In this document: positions 35,559 through 44,774 of the stretch, one piece after another
How positions within the stretch are numbered: the stretch's first letter is position 1
Layout: every line of letters starts with the position of its first letter
Source of the DNA: Geodermatophilaceae bacterium
Lineage (GTDB): Bacteria; Actinomycetota; Actinomycetes; Mycobacteriales; Geodermatophilaceae
Length of the DNA stretch: 49,361 bases
Direction of reading: 5' to 3'
Assembly: GCA_051000515.1 (NCBI GenBank)
Contig: JBPCOF010000344.1
Span: 1-49,361 of the forward strand
The notes under the pieces: generated by a model
Seen by the model: only the letters and a program-made list of their open reading frames with translations
Told to the model about the DNA's origin: nothing
The model's database searches: none
Made by a program: the position numbers and the translations under genes

Positions 35559-37584
35559 GAGAACTTTCGACGACTGTCCGAAAATCGGTGGACTCGCCGC
35601 TGACGACCGCGAGAACGGCGGGCCCGTACCGTTCCCACTTCGCCGGCCCGACCCCGCTGACCATGCGCAGTTGGGCCTGAGTTCGGGGCCGGCTCTCGGC
35701 AATGGCGACCAGCGTGGCATCGGAGAACACCACGTAGGCCGGTACCGATCCCGCCTTGGCCTGATCTGCTCGCCAGGTGCGTAGCCGTTCGAAGACTTCG
35801 GCATCGCCGGGCTGCAGGTCGGCCCGGCGCTGCTTGCTGGCCGACTTCCGGCGCCGGTCTCCGAGGTCGTGCTCTCCGTCGAGGGTGGTCAGGAAGCGGC
35901 TGCGGCGACGGTTGCCTGCCCCTCCGGCCTGCCGGGACCGGTGCCAGCTCAGGGCAAGTCGCTGCCGTGCCCGGGTCACCGCGACGTAGAGCAGCCGGCG
36001 CTCCTCCTCGATCTCCTCCTCGCGCTTGGCGTGCGCGATCGGCAAGACCCCGTCGACCAGGCCGACGCAGAACACCGCATCCCATTCCAAGCCCTTGGCG
36101 GAGTGCATCGAGGCAAGGGTGACTCCGGGTACGGCGGGAGCGTGCTGGGCGGCGGCACGGCCCTCGAGTTCGGTGACCAGATCGGTCAGCCCGGTCCCGG
36201 GGGTGATGGCGATCTGGGCGGCGAGGTCGACCAGGGCGGCCAATGAACCCCAACGTTCCAGCGCGGCACCAGAACTGGGGGCATCGTCGGCCAGCCAACC
36301 CATCGAGGTCAGGACGTCTCGGACCGAACCCGGCAGGTCCGATGCCGGTGCTGCGTGGGCCGGGTTATGCGGCTGTTCCGAGCGCGCGGCCGCCCGGAGC
36401 AGGACCAGCGCCTGGCGGACCTCAGGTCGGTCGAAATAGCGCTGACCACCGTGCAGCACATAGGGCACACCGGCGGAGGCCAGCGCCGCCTCGTACGCAG
36501 CCGAGGCGGCATTGATCCGGAACAGCACCGCGATCTCGGCTGGTGCCAGTCCCTTGGCGATCAACTCCAGGCACTGGTGTGCCACCCAAGCGGCCTCGGC
36601 GGGTTCGTCGGCCAGCTCGGTGATCGCCGGGACCGGGCCGTCGGGTCGTTGCCCGACCAGCTCCAAACCCGTGACCTTGGGCTCCCGGGTACGGCTCATC
36701 AGCCGGTTGGCCAGACCCACGATCTGCGGTGTGGATCGGTAGTCGCGGTGCAGTCGGATCACCTGCGCGTTCGGGAAACGAGCGGGAAACTCCAGCAGGT
36801 AGTCGGGGCTGGCTCCGGTGAAGGAGTAGATGGTCTGCCGCGGGTCACCGACGACGCAGAAGTCATCCCGATCGCCCAGCCAGACGTCGAGCAGGCGCTG
36901 CTGCAACGGGTTGACGTCTTGGTACTCGTCGACCACGAAATAGCGATACCGGGCGCGCACTTCCTCGCAGACGTCCCGATGCGATTCCAGGGAGTAGGCC
37001 GTGACCAGGAGCAGATCCTCAAAATCCAGAGCACCCTGATCGGACTTCGCCTGTTCGTAGCGGGCGTAGGCGGCAGCCACCTTGGCGAAGTCGAGTGGAG
37101 CGTGCCGGTCGGCGGCCGCGGCCCGGTCGCGGTAGTCCTCCGGGGCGATCAGGCTGGTCTTCGCCCACTCGATCTCACCGGCCAGGTCCCGTACCAACGC
37201 ACGATCCGGATGCGCACCCACCGCGGAAGCGGCGGCGGCGACCAGGCGGGCCTTGTTCTCGACCAGCGGCGGGATGGGCCCGCCGAGCACCCGGGGCGCG
37301 AAGTACTTGAGCTGGGCCAGCGCGGCTGCGTGGAAGGTTCGGGCGCTGACCCCGTCAGCGCCCAACTGCCGCAGCCGGGAGCGGAGTTCCCCTGCGGCGC
37401 GGGCGGTAAAGGTCACCGCCAGTACGTGGCCGGCCACGACCTGCTCGGAGGCGACGGCGTGGGCGATGCGGTGGGTGATCGTCCGCGTCTTCCCGGTGCC
37501 GGCTCCGGCCAGGATGCAGACCGGCCCGCGGACGGCCTGCGCGGCCCGCTGCTGCTCCTGATCCAATGCGGCGATCAGCTCCAC
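35554..37584 (-). CDS. uvrD2: ATP-dependent DNA helicase UvrD2 (SF1 helicase + HRDC)
   Basis: Walker A is LAGAGTGKTRT. VVDEYQDVNP and the Cys-less tetra-Cys-region equivalent are present, as is a C-terminal HRDC (FERLRTWRADQAKAGSVPAYVVFSDATLVAIAE). Confidence 0.9.
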   Translation of the reverse strand: MELIAALDQEQQRAAQAVRGPVCILAGAGTGKTRTITHRIAHAVASEQVVAGHVLAVTFTARAAGELRSRLRQLGADGVSARTFHAAALAQLKYFAPRVLGGPIPPLVENKARLVAAAASAVGAHPDRALVRDLAGEIEWAKTSLIAPEDYRDRAAAADRHAPLDFAKVAAAYARYEQAKSDQGALDFEDLLLVTAYSLESHRDVCEEVRARYRYFVVDEYQDVNPLQQRLLDVWLGDRDDFCVVGDPRQTIYSFTGASPDYLLEFPARFPNAQVIRLHRDYRSTPQIVGLANRLMSRTREPKVTGLELVGQRPDGPVPAITELADEPAEAAWVAHQCLELIAKGLAPAEIAVLFRINAASAAYEAALASAGVPYVLHGGQRYFDRPEVRQALVLLRAAARSEQPHNPAHAAPASDLPGSVRDVLTSMGWLADDAPSSGAALERWGSLAALVDLAAQIAITPGTGLTDLVTELEGRAAAQHAPAVPGVTLASMHSAKGLEWDAVFCVGLVDGVLPIAHAKREEEIEEERRLLYVAVTRARQRLALSWHRSRQAGGAGNRRRSRFLTTLDGEHDLGDRRRKSASKQRRADLQPGDAEVFERLRTWRADQAKAGSVPAYVVFSDATLVAIAESRPRTQAQLRMVSGVGPAKWERYGPAVLAVVSGESTDFRTVVESSR

Positions 37585-37664
37585 GCCCGCATCCTCCCAG
37601 CCCGCACCGACTCAGTCCGGTTCAGGGCGGGACCGGTGAATGGGCCGCATTGCGCTGTGGACGG

Positions 37665-37691
37665 GGGAAGAGATGTCGGCGCGGCGGCGTT
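37665..37691 (+). promoter_or_regulatory. Near-consensus SigH/SigR-type promoter GGGAAG-N18-GTT upstream of mycoredoxin
   Basis: GGAAG is at 37666-37670, the spacer is exactly 18 nt, and GTT is at 37689-37691 in a cGTTg context. The ATG lies 38 nt downstream. Confidence 0.5.
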
Positions 37692-37728
37692 GTCTCCGAG
37701 GACCGACGACCCGACCGGAAGGACTTCG

Positions 37729-37977
37729 ATGAGCTCCGCGCAGGTGACCATGTACACGACCAGTTGGTGCGGCTATTGCGTGCGCCTGAAGCGTCATCTG
37801 AACAACGAGGGCATCGAGTTCGCAGAGGTCAACATCGAGAGCGACCTGGCCGCCGCGGATCTCGTGGAGAAGGCCAACGGTGGCAACCAGACCGTGCCGA
37901 CGCTGATCTTCCCGGACGGCACCGCGCTGACGAACCCCACGATCGAGCAGGTCAAGTCCCAGCTCGCCGCCGCCTGA
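37729..37977 (+). CDS. Mycoredoxin / NrdH-glutaredoxin-like thiol-disulfide oxidoreductase
   Basis: The 82-aa product has VTMYTTSWCGYCVRLK (CGYC active site) and TVPTLIFPDG (cis-Pro loop). GGAAGGA lies 6 nt upstream of the ATG. Position after uvrD2 is as for Rv3198A (memory). Confidence 0.85.
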   Translation: MSSAQVTMYTTSWCGYCVRLKRHLNNEGIEFAEVNIESDLAAADLVEKANGGNQTVPTLIFPDGTALTNPTIEQVKSQLAAA

Positions 37978-38079
37978 CCCGCTCGGACGTAATGCGCAAA
38001 CGTCGCGACGGAGGGTCAGGTCCAGGCCTGGGTCGCCGGTTCTCGCCGAACCCGGAGGCCGGCGCTGCGGCGGACCGCC

Positions 38080-38139
38080 GTGCGCGGTAGGCGGCACCTT
38101 GCGTTGCTTGCACCTGTCAGGTGCGCGGTAGGCGGCACC
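38080..38139. repeat. 19-bp direct repeat GTGCGCGGTAGGCGGCACC x2 flanking a palindrome
   Basis: Copies are at 38080-38098 and 38121-38139. The palindrome GCACCTGTCAGGTGC at 38110-38124 lies between them and overlaps the second copy. Confidence 0.8.
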
Positions 38140-38521
38140 CTGCCGTGCTCGCAGCCCGTCGGGGTGCCCAGTAGCGGCAGCACCCTGACTCAGCACATCG
38201 AGTGAACCGAGAACTAGCCGACGGCCCCGGCCTAGCCGGCCGTTCTGAGCCAATGACGCGCTTGCTGAGTTCGACGTTGTTGGGTCATCCGCCGTCCGGG
38301 ACGACCGCGACATCCTCGAAGTGGCGCTCCGGACCGCACTAAAGCCACGGTTGTCTCACCTGACCCGCGGACATCGGCGAGGCCTAGCGAGACGAACGCG
38401 CGCCAAGTGCTCGGCACTCGACGCCTAGGACGCGCTGGCCGCAGACGGAGCTCCACTGTTGAGCCGGTGACCGCTGCAACTCAACCGGACGAGGCCTACG
38501 GCGACAAGAGTGGTTCCAGGG

Positions 38522-39454
38522 TCAGATCCAGGCCGGCGTCGCCGGTTTCTCGCCTAACCAGTCGGTGATCAGCTGATAGGCGATCGACACCGGGGGCGGC
38601 AATTTAGGCCGTACCCGGTCCGGTTGAACGAGATCGGCCCGCGAGAACCAGGCCGCCTCGGCGAGTTCCTTTTGGTCGACGACCAGCCTCTGATCACCGT
38701 CCACCCGCGCGGTGAAGCCGAGCATCAGCGACTGCGGCAGAGGCCATGGCTGGCTGGTCACGTAGTGGACGTCGGTGACGTTGAGTCCCACCTCTTCGAA
38801 GACCTCCCGGGCGACCGCTTGCTCCGCTGACTCCCCCGGCTCGATGAAGCCGGCCAATACCGAGAACCGGTCAGCCGGCCATACCGATTGTCGGCCCAGC
38901 ACACAGCGGTCGGCCCCGTCGTGTACCAGCACGATCATCGCCGGATCGGTGCGCGGGAAGCTGTCGGTCCCGTCGTCGGGGCAGTGCCGTACCCAGCCCG
39001 CATCCCGCAGCTCGGTGATCGCGCCACACAGTGGGCAGTGCAACGATCGGTCGTGCCACTGCGCCAGGCCCACTGCCTCGACCAGCAGCCCGGCGTCCAT
39101 GTCGTCGACCTCGGCACCGATCTCGCGCAGCCCCGCCCATCGGTCGGCCCGGATGTCGCGGCTCCCCCGTGCCATCGCGTAGACGACCCCGTCGTGGCTC
39201 CCGAGATAACTCCAACCCGCCGGGTCGGAGTCCACCGTGTCGGCTCGCCGCAGGTCCAGCTCTGGCCCGCGTTGTGTCTCGACCGTTGGCACCAGGTAGT
39301 CATCGGTCACTACCAGGACGCGGAGAGCGGGGTTCCGTTGCAGCGTCCCGCTCAGTTCCGCCCGCCGGAGCCCGTCCCGGTCATGGACGGCGCGGGAAAG
39401 TGCCGGTCGTACGGGCCGGGCGTGCGGGGCTGCCACTGGCCGCTCGTGGCTCAC
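38522..39454 (-). CDS. nudC: NAD(+) diphosphatase (NADH pyrophosphatase)
   Basis: The zinc ribbon is CPLCGAITELRDAGWVRHCP and the Nudix box is GFIEPGESAEQAVAREVFEEVG. The GTG start overlaps the upstream stop (GTGA). Confidence 0.9.
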   Translation of the reverse strand: MSHERPVAAPHARPVRPALSRAVHDRDGLRRAELSGTLQRNPALRVLVVTDDYLVPTVETQRGPELDLRRADTVDSDPAGWSYLGSHDGVVYAMARGSRDIRADRWAGLREIGAEVDDMDAGLLVEAVGLAQWHDRSLHCPLCGAITELRDAGWVRHCPDDGTDSFPRTDPAMIVLVHDGADRCVLGRQSVWPADRFSVLAGFIEPGESAEQAVAREVFEEVGLNVTDVHYVTSQPWPLPQSLMLGFTARVDGDQRLVVDQKELAEAAWFSRADLVQPDRVRPKLPPPVSIAYQLITDWLGEKPATPAWI

Positions 39455-40812
39455 TCCGGATTCCGGATCACGGCCAACGAGCGAAGCGAATCCTCGACCA
39501 CCGCTGCGTCTCCGACGACGACGGTGGTCAAGGAGCTCACCGAAAGATAGCAGCGCGAGGCCTCTCGCACGTCGGCGATCGACACATCGGCTACCGCCTT
39601 CTGGTAGTCGGCCAGCCAGGAGGCTGAAAGACCCTGCCCAGCAAGGCTGGTCAAGATCGATGCAAGCCCGGCCTGGGTTGCTGTGGACAGCGCCAGCGTA
39701 CCCAATGCATACCGTCGCGCCTGGTCCAGTTCGTCCTGGGACACCGGGGCCAGCGCCATCCGACCGAGCTCGTACCAGGTCTCGTGTACGGCGCGCGCGG
39801 TCACCTCAGTAGCGACGTCGGCGTCGACGAGGAAGGTGGAGCCAGCGGCTGAGTTGTCGACCCCGCTGCTTGGGCTGTAGGTGAACCCGTTGCGCTCCCT
39901 GAGATTTTCGGTCAACCGCGAGGAGAAGTAGCCACCGAAGACCAGGTTGGCCAACTGCAGTGCGGCGTAAGCCGGATCACGCCGGCCCACGGCCGCGCCA
40001 CCGATCCGGATGTTGGACTGCACGGCACCGGGCCGGTCCACCAGGGTGATCCCGCCCGGCTCGAAGTCCGGCAGCGCCAAGAGCCTCGAGCGCCGCGCCG
40101 GACCCACCCAGTCCGCAAAGGCAGAACTCGCTTGCTTGGCCACTGTCCTCGGCTGCACGTCGCCAACGACGACAAGGGTTGCACCGGATGGCCGTACGCG
40201 GTCGCGATGGCTGCGTCGGAGCGTGCCTGCCTCCAGCTCGCCCACCATGGCCGGGTCGGGCATCGTGTGCGCATACGGGTGATCACCGAACAGCCGCCGG
40301 GACCGCGCCATCCTGGCGACGACACCGGGCTGGGTGAGCGCCATCGCGATCCGTTGACCGAGCCGATCGCGTTCGGCCAGCACCTCTGCCGACGGGTAGG
40401 ACGCCGAGGTGAGGATCTCGGCGAGCAGATCGAGCACAGTGGACAGGCCAGTGCGCAGGACCGCCGTCGAGAAAAGCAGCCGATCCGCGTCGGCCGAGAC
40501 CGACAGATCCGCTCCCACGGCTGCGAGGCCGTTGGCCAGTTCTCGCTGATCGTGCTGGGCAGTTCCGAACAGCATCGATGACGACATCAAGGAGCCACGC
40601 GCGATGGTCGCTGCTGCGGTATGGCTGTTGGCCATCGAGAGCGGGATACGCAGTCGCAGCTCGACCATCGGGACGGTGGGGCGTCGTAGGACCAGAGTGT
40701 TCAGTCCGTTGGGCAGGGTCGCGGCGACCGCCCGAGGTGCCCGCGCCGACCGTGCCTCGACCAAGGGCGGCAGAAGCATCGCGGTCGGATCGTCGCCCAG
40801 CACGATGCTCAC
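39451..40812 (-). CDS. M16 family peptidase, non-catalytic (beta-like) subunit
   Basis: It has the pitrilysin fold pattern (LPNGLNTLVLRRP, FGDHPYAH) without HxxEH. The start overlaps the stop of the upstream M16 gene. Confidence 0.8.
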   Translation of the reverse strand: MSIVLGDDPTAMLLPPLVEARSARAPRAVAATLPNGLNTLVLRRPTVPMVELRLRIPLSMANSHTAAATIARGSLMSSSMLFGTAQHDQRELANGLAAVGADLSVSADADRLLFSTAVLRTGLSTVLDLLAEILTSASYPSAEVLAERDRLGQRIAMALTQPGVVARMARSRRLFGDHPYAHTMPDPAMVGELEAGTLRRSHRDRVRPSGATLVVVGDVQPRTVAKQASSAFADWVGPARRSRLLALPDFEPGGITLVDRPGAVQSNIRIGGAAVGRRDPAYAALQLANLVFGGYFSSRLTENLRERNGFTYSPSSGVDNSAAGSTFLVDADVATEVTARAVHETWYELGRMALAPVSQDELDQARRYALGTLALSTATQAGLASILTSLAGQGLSASWLADYQKAVADVSIADVREASRCYLSVSSLTTVVVGDAAVVEDSLRSLAVIRNPE

Positions 40813-42113
40813 GCTTGCGCCCCGGGGGCCAGTTCGAGCACGGCTCGGTGCGCCGTGCCCAGCGCGGCCGCTGCCGCGGCTACCGATCCGGCGTCCACCT
40901 GCGCCAGCCGACTCGGTAGCTCGGTCGCGAACTCCGCCCGGCCATGGATCAACTCCCCGGCAGCAAAGGCCTGGGTACGGCCGAGGACACTGTCAGCCTG
41001 GCGCAGCAACTGGGCGGCGATCCGTGCCTGTACCCGGGCGAGTTCGGTCTCACTGACTCCTTGGTCGGCCACCGATTCCAGCTCCTCCTCGACCGCGGTG
41101 ATCAGCTGGTCGGCACTGACGCGGCTCCCATGGTGGGCCTGGAACATCAGCGCTGTGGCGTCTCGAGCATCGAACGGGTCACCGAACAGCCCGAGGTACA
41201 TCGCCTGATGCAGCGCGAGGTGATCCCGGTGGATGAGGCGCTGTTCCAGCCGCGAGGCGTCGGAGTCCGACATCAGTTCGCTCAACACGACGTAGGGCAG
41301 AAACGCCTCCAAGTCCCCGACCGGGTCAGGGACCCGCCAGCCGATGGCCAGCGCCGGTGTCGCGGCGAGCGGATCGACGACCTCGGCGTGCCGGTCCTCG
41401 GCCAGGGCGGGCTCGGCGAAGGGCGGGCGCTGCGGTGTCGTGCGAGCAGGTATGCGCGAGAAGTACCGCCGTACCCACTCCCTGGCCTGCTCGGTGTCGA
41501 AATCCCCGCCGACTGCAAGGACCGCGTTTCCGGGCGCGTAATAGGAGTCGAAGAATTGCGCAGCGTCATCGGCGGTCGCGCTTCCCAGGTCGACGAAGTC
41601 GCCGTAGCCGTTGTGGGTGTTGGCGAAGGAGTCGAACAGGACTTCAGGCAGTTGCAGCCACGGGAAAGCACCGTAGGGACGATTGAGGACGTTGACCCTG
41701 ATCTCTTCCTTGACCACGTCGATCTGGTTGTCGATGGTCTCCTGGGTCAGCAGCGGAGCAGCCATCCGGTCTGCCTCGCAGAACAGCGCCCGCTCCAAGG
41801 CGCCTGAGGGCAGCAACTCGAAATAGTTGGTGTAGTCCGGATGGGTACTGCCATTGAAGACCCCGCCACTGCCCTGCACCTGGCGGGCATGCTCAAGTTT
41901 GGGCAGATGCGCTGAGCCTTGGAACATGACGTGTTCGAAGAGATGGGCGAATCCGGTGCGGCCCACCGGCTCACTGCGCATACCGACGTCGTAGTACACC
42001 GCGACGGCGACCACCGGCGCGGTCGAATCCGGCGCCAGGACGACGCGCAGCCCGTTGTCCAGGGTCAGGCGATGCAGTGGATGGGCCGGCAGGGTCGGAA
42101 CGCGGACGGGCAC
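40809..42113 (-). CDS. M16 family zinc metallopeptidase (insulinase-like)
   Basis: The inverted zinc motif is HLFEHVMFQGS (HxxEH), with LDNGLRVVLAPD at the N-terminus. Confidence 0.85.
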   Translation of the reverse strand: MPVRVPTLPAHPLHRLTLDNGLRVVLAPDSTAPVVAVAVYYDVGMRSEPVGRTGFAHLFEHVMFQGSAHLPKLEHARQVQGSGGVFNGSTHPDYTNYFELLPSGALERALFCEADRMAAPLLTQETIDNQIDVVKEEIRVNVLNRPYGAFPWLQLPEVLFDSFANTHNGYGDFVDLGSATADDAAQFFDSYYAPGNAVLAVGGDFDTEQAREWVRRYFSRIPARTTPQRPPFAEPALAEDRHAEVVDPLAATPALAIGWRVPDPVGDLEAFLPYVVLSELMSDSDASRLEQRLIHRDHLALHQAMYLGLFGDPFDARDATALMFQAHHGSRVSADQLITAVEEELESVADQGVSETELARVQARIAAQLLRQADSVLGRTQAFAAGELIHGRAEFATELPSRLAQVDAGSVAAAAAALGTAHRAVLELAPGAQA

Positions 42114-42168
42114 CCGCGCGACGATAGCTGCTGCCCGAGAGTCGGTGGTTCGGTGCGCCGATCCAGGC

Positions 42169-43143
42169 TCAGTTCAGGACGTCGATCTCGGCGATCACCT
42201 GGTCGACGATGCCGTAGAGCTCGGCATGGGTGTTCGGGATCGAGATGTACATCAGCGCCGGAGCCGCACGTCCGGTCTCGATCAGGATCAGTGCCGCCCG
42301 CTCGCCCGTCGAGTCGTATCCCGCGACGTCCCAGCTCAGGTTGAACTCCAGGAGATAGGCCGCGGCGCCGTCGACGGTGACGGCCTCGTCACGCAGGATT
42401 TCGATCTCGTTGGGCAGCGGGTAGTAGTTTCCGCGCACACTGGCCTGCACGGCCGCGATGGTGCCGGCGAAGGTGCTCGGACCGGCGTACCCGAACGTCG
42501 CCTGCAGCGGACCCGACGTGACCTGGGCGATGAATTGGCCACCAGAAGGGACCTGCTCCTGGGTCACGATGTACTGCCCCGCCGTGGAAGTGGTCTCGAG
42601 TACCTCGTTGACGAACTCCAGCCAGTAGGTGCCGAGGTAGGGGTAGGCGACACCGGCCTCCTCGTCGACGATCCGGGTCTGTCCTGGCGGCCGGGTCGCT
42701 GACTCGATCGACCCGCCGGAGGCGATGGGCGGCGAAGGGTCGCTTTTCGAACCGCTGCCGACGAAGACGACCACAGTGATGATGAGCGCCAGGACCACAG
42801 CGCCGACGAGCCCGGCGATCCAGGCAGCGCGCGACCTCGCGCCGCCGGCCCCCACCTGCCGTGGGTCGGCCGCCCCCGTTGCTTCCGGCTGAAAGCTTTC
42901 GGCCTGCCACGGCCCTTGCGGCGCTGCTTGCCGCTCCCAGTAGTCGGGGTCTGCGCCGATGCCTGGCTCGTACCTGGTGCCGTACGGCGTGCTGGCCCGG
43001 TCACGGTTCTGTGCAGTGAGCACCATGCCAGAACTCGACACGGGCCGGATCGACTCGGCCCAGCCCAGGCCGTTCCACCAGCGCTCCAGGCCTGGGCGGC
43101 CCTCCGGGTCCGGGTACCACCCAGCCGTCGAGGTGTCCGTCAC
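42169..43143 (-). CDS. DUF2510-domain membrane protein
   Basis: The N-terminal AGWYPDPEGRPGLERWWNGLGW is the DUF2510 signature. One TM helix (AAWIAGLVGAVVLALIITVVVFV) is followed by an extracytoplasmic C-terminal domain. Confidence 0.7.
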   Translation of the reverse strand: MTDTSTAGWYPDPEGRPGLERWWNGLGWAESIRPVSSSGMVLTAQNRDRASTPYGTRYEPGIGADPDYWERQAAPQGPWQAESFQPEATGAADPRQVGAGGARSRAAWIAGLVGAVVLALIITVVVFVGSGSKSDPSPPIASGGSIESATRPPGQTRIVDEEAGVAYPYLGTYWLEFVNEVLETTSTAGQYIVTQEQVPSGGQFIAQVTSGPLQATFGYAGPSTFAGTIAAVQASVRGNYYPLPNEIEILRDEAVTVDGAAAYLLEFNLSWDVAGYDSTGERAALILIETGRAAPALMYISIPNTHAELYGIVDQVIAEIDVLN

Positions 43144-43222
43144 GCTCCCAGCCTACGGCGGGGGTCGACTCGAGCGCGACGTCCCGAGCCGGGGCTACCG
43201 GCGGCACTATCGTGACCAAATC

Positions 43223-44767
43223 ATGACCGCCGCCGGGCCTTTCGTTGCTCGTACCGGTGATCTGACCCGGAAGCTCCTTGACACCGACATCTGGTCGGAA
43301 CAGCTGCTCTTCGACGCCGGGATACCGATCGCCGATGCACCGATGGTCTGCGTCGGCGGCGGACTCGGCTCGTTCGCGTTGATCGACCACCTGCGGATCT
43401 GCGGGGTCCGGCCGGAATCACTGCAAGTCCTCACGCCACTGAGCACTCCCTGGGAGAGCTTCGCGTACCTGACTCGGGTCTCCCAGATCTCGCGCGAGGA
43501 CCGGCTGCGCTCGGACGCATCGTCTTGCCCCGACAATCTCTGGGGCTTCCCGTCCTTCGCCGTACGCGAGGGATTCGGGGCGGACACCGTGCGTGGATCG
43601 CTCCGGCCGCTCTGGCAGGTGCTCACCGAACCGATCTTCGGCGAGCACTACGCGCCGCGCCTGGGACAGGTGCTCGACGCGTTGGCTCGCGAAGCCCACC
43701 GGATCCGCTATCCGGCGATGGTCACCCAGGGACAGGTGCGGATGGTTCGTCGCCGGGAGGCAGGCGGGTACTTCACCGTCCTCACCCCACCGGAGCGAGC
43801 CACCGGAGCCAGGCGGATCGCGTTCCGGTCGGCGTATGTGCATCTGGCCGTCGGGTACGCCGGATTGCGCTTTCTCCCCCCACTGGCGGCCTACCGTGAG
43901 TCGACCCGGAACTCCAGCCGGGTGGTGAACGCCTACGAACCGCACGAGCACGTCTACGACCAGCTGCGACGACGTCCGGGCACGGTTTTGGTCCGAGGTT
44001 CGGGAATCGTTGCCGCGCGGGTGGTGCATCGCCTGATCGAGGAACGCAACGCCCACGGTCTGCAGACGCGCGTGGTACATCTCCTGCGCCATCACGTCTC
44101 CGGACCGCAGGGGCCCAGGTTCATGCGCCGCAAGGCAGGTGACGGCTTCGCCTACCAGGCCTTCGACGAGCCAAAGGCGGTGTGGAGTGGGCAGTTACGG
44201 GATCGTGCGCGGGCAACCGAAGGGATCGAGCGAGTGCAGTTCTACGACTCGCTCGGCGGCCCGTCGACGCCGTACCGCAAGGACTGGCAGACCCAAGTGG
44301 CAACAGCACGCGCGCAGGGCTGGTATTCGACCATCGTCGGCGAGGTCGAGGCGCTGGACCCGCAATCCGATGACCTCATCTCGGCGCGGATCCAGACGAG
44401 CGACAGCGTCCTGATGGCGCAGGCGTCCTTCGTCGTCGACTGCACCGGGCTGCAGACCGACATCGGCGAGCAGCGGATCTTCGCCGACCTGCTGCAACAT
44501 ACGAATGCGGGTCGAAATCCACTGGGCGGCTTGGATGTGGAACCCTCCTTCGAGGTGCGAGGCACTCGCAGCGGCAAGGGCCGGCTCTACGCCTCGGGTG
44601 CGGCGACCCACGGCGGCTACCTTCCCGGGGAGGACACCTTCGCCGGGCTGCAGATCGCCGCGCAGGAGATTTCCGACGACCTTGCCGCCCAGGGTTTCTG
44701 CCCCCGTCTGAATGTTTCCAAGTCGGCCCGACAGTGGCTGCGCTGGGCCGCCAACCGGGTGATCTGA
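43223..44767 (+). CDS. Two-dinucleotide-binding-domain flavoprotein (FAD/NAD(P)-dependent oxidoreductase), uncharacterised
   Basis: The first Rossmann motif is MVCVGGGLGSFALIDHL and the second is VLVRGSGIVAARVVHRLIE. A late VVDCTGL motif is present. The ATG at 43223 has no SD, and TATCGT lies 10-15 nt upstream, so the mRNA may be leaderless. Confidence 0.65.
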   Translation: MTAAGPFVARTGDLTRKLLDTDIWSEQLLFDAGIPIADAPMVCVGGGLGSFALIDHLRICGVRPESLQVLTPLSTPWESFAYLTRVSQISREDRLRSDASSCPDNLWGFPSFAVREGFGADTVRGSLRPLWQVLTEPIFGEHYAPRLGQVLDALAREAHRIRYPAMVTQGQVRMVRRREAGGYFTVLTPPERATGARRIAFRSAYVHLAVGYAGLRFLPPLAAYRESTRNSSRVVNAYEPHEHVYDQLRRRPGTVLVRGSGIVAARVVHRLIEERNAHGLQTRVVHLLRHHVSGPQGPRFMRRKAGDGFAYQAFDEPKAVWSGQLRDRARATEGIERVQFYDSLGGPSTPYRKDWQTQVATARAQGWYSTIVGEVEALDPQSDDLISARIQTSDSVLMAQASFVVDCTGLQTDIGEQRIFADLLQHTNAGRNPLGGLDVEPSFEVRGTRSGKGRLYASGAATHGGYLPGEDTFAGLQIAAQEISDDLAAQGFCPRLNVSKSARQWLRWAANRVI

Positions 44768-44774
44768 GCCCTCG

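Noticed and set aside
36355-37728. Long N-terminal part of ORF 36355..37977
   Set aside because: It is antisense to uvrD2. Only the last 82 codons (37729-37977) form the mycoredoxin, and these have their own SD and ATG.
37612-38456. ORFs 37612..38313 (233 aa) and 38232..38456 (74 aa) in the mycoredoxin-nudC gap
   Set aside because: Their composition is Arg/Gly/Pro-dominated. The first is antisense to the mycoredoxin gene. Neither has a start context or motifs.
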